From an uncultured Verrucomicrobiota bacterium (lineage in GTDB: Bacteria; Verrucomicrobiota; Verrucomicrobiia; Limisphaerales; DTLC01), in the NCBI GenBank assembly GCA_964555645.1, contig CAZKTA010000004.1, forward strand, positions 46,742 to 110,741: a stretch of 64,000 nt of DNA, in the 5' to 3' direction. The notes below the pieces were generated by a model, which searched no databases, was not told the origin of the DNA, and worked only from the letters and a program-made list of their open reading frames with translations. Each line of letters begins with the position of its first letter. Position 1 is the stretch's first letter. Below, piece after piece: positions 61,028 through 64,000 of this stretch. A program made the translations under genes and the position numbers.

Positions 61028-63394
61028 TTATCGCATAGCTGTGCCGTAGCTTAGGCTTTGGTCGTGGAAAGGTTTACCTGCCTGGTACAGTTGCAGCAGT
61101 TCGGTATTACGCCTGGCGATGTTTGTTAGGCCGCGCGCCTCGGCAAGTGCAACAGCTTGTTCCGCAGTGCGGATTGCGTCATCGAACCTGCCGAGCTCGG
61201 CATAGGCTGCTGCGAGCGTGCTAAGATAGACCGGCACCGAGGATTGCGTGAGTGCACAAGCGCGTTCGGCAAGAGCAACTGCCTCAGGGCCGTTTCGTAC
61301 CCGTTCGTCGGGGTGTGTGGCAAGGATCAAAGCCAGGTTGTTGTACGCTTGTGGCCAGTCCGGCTTCAGCTCAAGGGCAATGCGGTAATACGAGATGGCA
61401 ATTTCAGCTTTCCCCGTTTGCACAAGCAGTTGCGCAAGGTCGAACGCAGTGTTTGGGTTGGGCTCGAGCTTGACCAACTCGGCCAAGTTTGTAATAGCAC
61501 CGTTGATGTTTTGTTGCTTTAGCATCACATCCGCAAGTAGCCTTCGGGCTTTGGCATCTTGCGGTCTGAGTCGGAGGCACTTTAGGAGTGCAGTGCCGGC
61601 CAAGTCGAGCTTGCCCAAAGCGGCTGAGGCAGCGCCCAGGTTAAACTGTGCATCTGGATGGTCTGGCCGTAGTTTGGCTGCGGCAATAAAGTGCGGAAGC
61701 GCATCTTGGACCCTGTGGAGGTGTGTCAATGCAGTACCCAGGTTCATGCGCGCATTGAAGGAATCCGGCTGTAACTGTACAGCCAATCGTAAGTAGTCGG
61801 CTGCTTCGGCGTAGTTGCCAGTGTCAAGCAGCGCAGTAGCTAGCGTGTGGTACGCAATGGCAGTTGGCCATTCCGCAACCAGTTGACGGAGCTTTGCCGT
61901 GCCTTCCTCGATTTCGCCGGTCTGCACCTGGATTGCCCCCAGGTTCATCCGCGCCCACTGGTGGCGCGGATTAATGCGCAAAGCTGACTCGAAATGTCGC
62001 CGTGCGTTTTTGAGGTCACCCTCGACCATCAGTGCGGCACCGAGATTGTTGTGCGCGACCTCGTTTTGTTGCGTGACGCGAAGAGCTTGCTCGAACAAAA
62101 GTTTGCTGTTTTCCCAATGCCGCAACTGGTGGCGCGTTACCACAGCAGCGGCAATGACCAGCGCCGTGGCTCCAAGGCTCAGCGCTAGCCGCAGCCTAGG
62201 CAAGTGCCTTGCAATCTGTTGTCCACCCCACGCCGCCATAATAAAGATGCCAATGAGCGGGATGTAGGTGTACCTGTCGGCAATGGATTGCCGGCCCACC
62301 TGGATTAGGCCGATCACGGGCACAAGTGTGCCTAGAAACCAGAACCACCCCATCAGCAGGTATGGTTGACGGTGTGCTCGTGTCACAACAGCAATTGTGA
62401 TCGCGAGCAACGCTAATCCAGCCACATAAGGTGTTGCTGAATCAAAACCGATTATCTTGTAAGGGTAGAATACGGCCAGATTATCCGGCCAAAGCGTTTT
62501 GCCGATATACCGCATGTATGCAACAGGTACGTGCGCCAAACGGTTTGTAAACTGCAGCAGACGCGGCGACGCAATCGCATCTGTTTGGCTTTGGGTAAGC
62601 AGTGTGACCACGCTTATGACTGCCGACAAAACAAAGAACGGCACCTTTTCGAGTAATAATTTTTTGAAATGGCCGTAAGCGGTGTCGCCACGTGCATTTT
62701 CGGTAGGGGTAGTTTCCTCGCCGTTGGAACAGACTGTATAGGTATGTCGCTTGAATTTGATCCTTTGTAACGGCCAGAAATCAAGCAGCAACATAACAAA
62801 CGGCCATGTCACAAGCATTGCTTTGCTCATTAGGCCAAGGCTAAAAAACGCTATTGTTAGGAGGTAAAACTTCCGGCGGATTGAATGCTGGGCAGGGGCC
62901 GCCTTTGCGTAGCGGACATATGTAATTAGGGCAAGCAAACCAAAAAATGTGCTTAGCACATCCTTGCGTTCAGCTACCCATGCGACCGACTCGACATGTA
63001 GCGGATGCAGGGCAAACAGCGCAGAGACAAACCCGCTACGCCAAACCGTGCCTGTGGTCGTATGCAGCAGGATGAACAGCAACAGTGTGTTTGCAACGTG
63101 CAAGAGCAGATTCGTGAGGTGAAACCCGCCCGCCCAGTCGCCATAAAGCTCGCTGTCGAGCATCAGTGACAACCACGTAACGGGATGCCAGTTACCGCTA
63201 CGACCTGTTTTGAATGCCCAGGTTACACTTTCCAGGCTCAAGCCCGACAGCACGTGCGGGTTCTCGGTTACGTACACTGGGTCGTCGTAGTTAATGAACT
63301 GGTGCCGTGTGACCGGCAAATAAATCGCTGTGGTCACAACGCACAGTAACAAGCCTACGAACCACACCTGCGTGGTAACCGATCGATCCGTCAT
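61028..63394 (-). CDS. TMTC-like GT-C membrane glycosyltransferase with a TPR array (paralogue 2)
   Basis: FINYDD, NWHPVTWLS, HPLHVESVAWVAERKDVL, SKAMLVTWP and ADRYTYIP, followed by TPRs. Start ATG 63394 preferred. Confidence 0.85.
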   Translation of the reverse strand: MTDRSVTTQVWFVGLLLCVVTTAIYLPVTRHQFINYDDPVYVTENPHVLSGLSLESVTWAFKTGRSGNWHPVTWLSLMLDSELYGDWAGGFHLTNLLLHVANTLLLFILLHTTTGTVWRSGFVSALFALHPLHVESVAWVAERKDVLSTFFGLLALITYVRYAKAAPAQHSIRRKFYLLTIAFFSLGLMSKAMLVTWPFVMLLLDFWPLQRIKFKRHTYTVCSNGEETTPTENARGDTAYGHFKKLLLEKVPFFVLSAVISVVTLLTQSQTDAIASPRLLQFTNRLAHVPVAYMRYIGKTLWPDNLAVFYPYKIIGFDSATPYVAGLALLAITIAVVTRAHRQPYLLMGWFWFLGTLVPVIGLIQVGRQSIADRYTYIPLIGIFIMAAWGGQQIARHLPRLRLALSLGATALVIAAAVVTRHQLRHWENSKLLFEQALRVTQQNEVAHNNLGAALMVEGDLKNARRHFESALRINPRHQWARMNLGAIQVQTGEIEEGTAKLRQLVAEWPTAIAYHTLATALLDTGNYAEAADYLRLAVQLQPDSFNARMNLGTALTHLHRVQDALPHFIAAAKLRPDHPDAQFNLGAASAALGKLDLAGTALLKCLRLRPQDAKARRLLADVMLKQQNINGAITNLAELVKLEPNPNTAFDLAQLLVQTGKAEIAISYYRIALELKPDWPQAYNNLALILATHPDERVRNGPEAVALAERACALTQSSVPVYLSTLAAAYAELGRFDDAIRTAEQAVALAEARGLTNIARRNTELLQLYQAGKPFHDQSLSYGTAMR

Positions 63395-63578
63395 GCCACC
63401 GGCTGTAAAACAGTTTTTGTTTTCGATTGGCAGAAACTGTATCAAGCCCACGCTTCAACAGCACGTAATTTTGGTGTTTCTCATAAAGCCAATCGTTGCT
63501 CAGGAAAATCGTCAAAAAACGAAGATGCTCCGCGGCAGGAAGCGTGTTTCCGCCTGCAACAGCCGGCATCGGCAGAGT

Positions 63579-64000
63579 TTACGGAGCGCTTGTGACAGTG
63601 CCGGTGTCTAATGCGGGATCGCGGTACGGTTTACCTGCGCGGTAAAGTTGGAGCAGTTCTTGGTTTCGTAAGACCAGGTTTGTCTGGCCGGCTGTTTCTG
63701 CCAGTGTACGCGCTAGTTCGGCTGTACGAGTTGCGTCATCGAACCTACCGGCCTCGGCGTATGCGGCTGCGAGTGTGCCAACAAACAAAGCTTGTTTGTA
63801 CTGGGTAAGTTTGCAGGCTTTTTCGGCCAGTTGGACGGCTTCGTTGCCATTGCGGAGCGCATCGTTTGGGGCGGCTGCCAGCAGCCATGCAAGGTTGTTT
63901 AGCACATCAGGTGAATCAGGTTTGATCTGGAGCGCTTCTCGATACAGTGCAGTTGCCTCGGCGAGGTTACCTTCGCTGGTGAGGATAACTGCAAGTTTGG
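63579..64000 (-). CDS. C-terminus of a TPR protein, probably a third TMTC-like paralogue (truncated by window)
   Basis: Open to the window edge: KLAVILTSEGNLAEATALYREALQIKPDSPDVLNNLAWLLAAAP...GTLAAAYAEAGRFDDA...LYRAGKPY, closely matching the C-termini of the other two. Confidence 0.75.
   Translation of the reverse strand, partial: KLAVILTSEGNLAEATALYREALQIKPDSPDVLNNLAWLLAAAPNDALRNGNEAVQLAEKACKLTQYKQALFVGTLAAAYAEAGRFDDATRTAELARTLAETAGQTNLVLRNQELLQLYRAGKPYRDPALDTGTVTSAP

Overview
A chromosomal window with no rRNA, CRISPR array or integrase visible, and GC of roughly 52-57% in spot-checked lines. Gene style suggests a Verrucomicrobiota-like bacterium (inference). Housekeeping genes: eno (partial), ilvD, glgP, cysK, aceE-aceF-lpdA, Fe-S fumarase beta subunit, aroB, trpG/pabA, dtd, a macro-domain gene, rlmN, aroC, tspO, lepB, a sulfonate/nitrate-type ABC transporter, tRNA-Ser(GGA) and tRNA-Glu(CTC). 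The most interesting accessory features are: (1) a fluoride riboswitch, absent from the ORF track, ahead of a CPA2-type antiporter with an atypical TD motif and a USP gene, back-to-back with enolase; (2) a candidate sugar uptake-to-nucleotide-sugar module (RbsD/FucU, GME-like epimerase, atypical GHMP kinase, tandem nucleotidyltransferase, SSS symporter with an inserted domain); (3) an IlvD with an insertion of about 170 aa that looks SnoaL-like; (4) a 1920-aa secreted jelly-roll/FN3 protein with a 731-bp apparently exact internal duplication and a G/C-skew mosaic; (5) a decayed RHS-CT/immunity pair; (6) a tailspike-like beta-helix protein; (7) TMTC-like GT-C/TPR paralogues (two complete, a third cut by the window edge); (8) an IS1380 remnant and a 99-bp MITE-like element. 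All family assignments come from motif recognition by eye; no database search was run.
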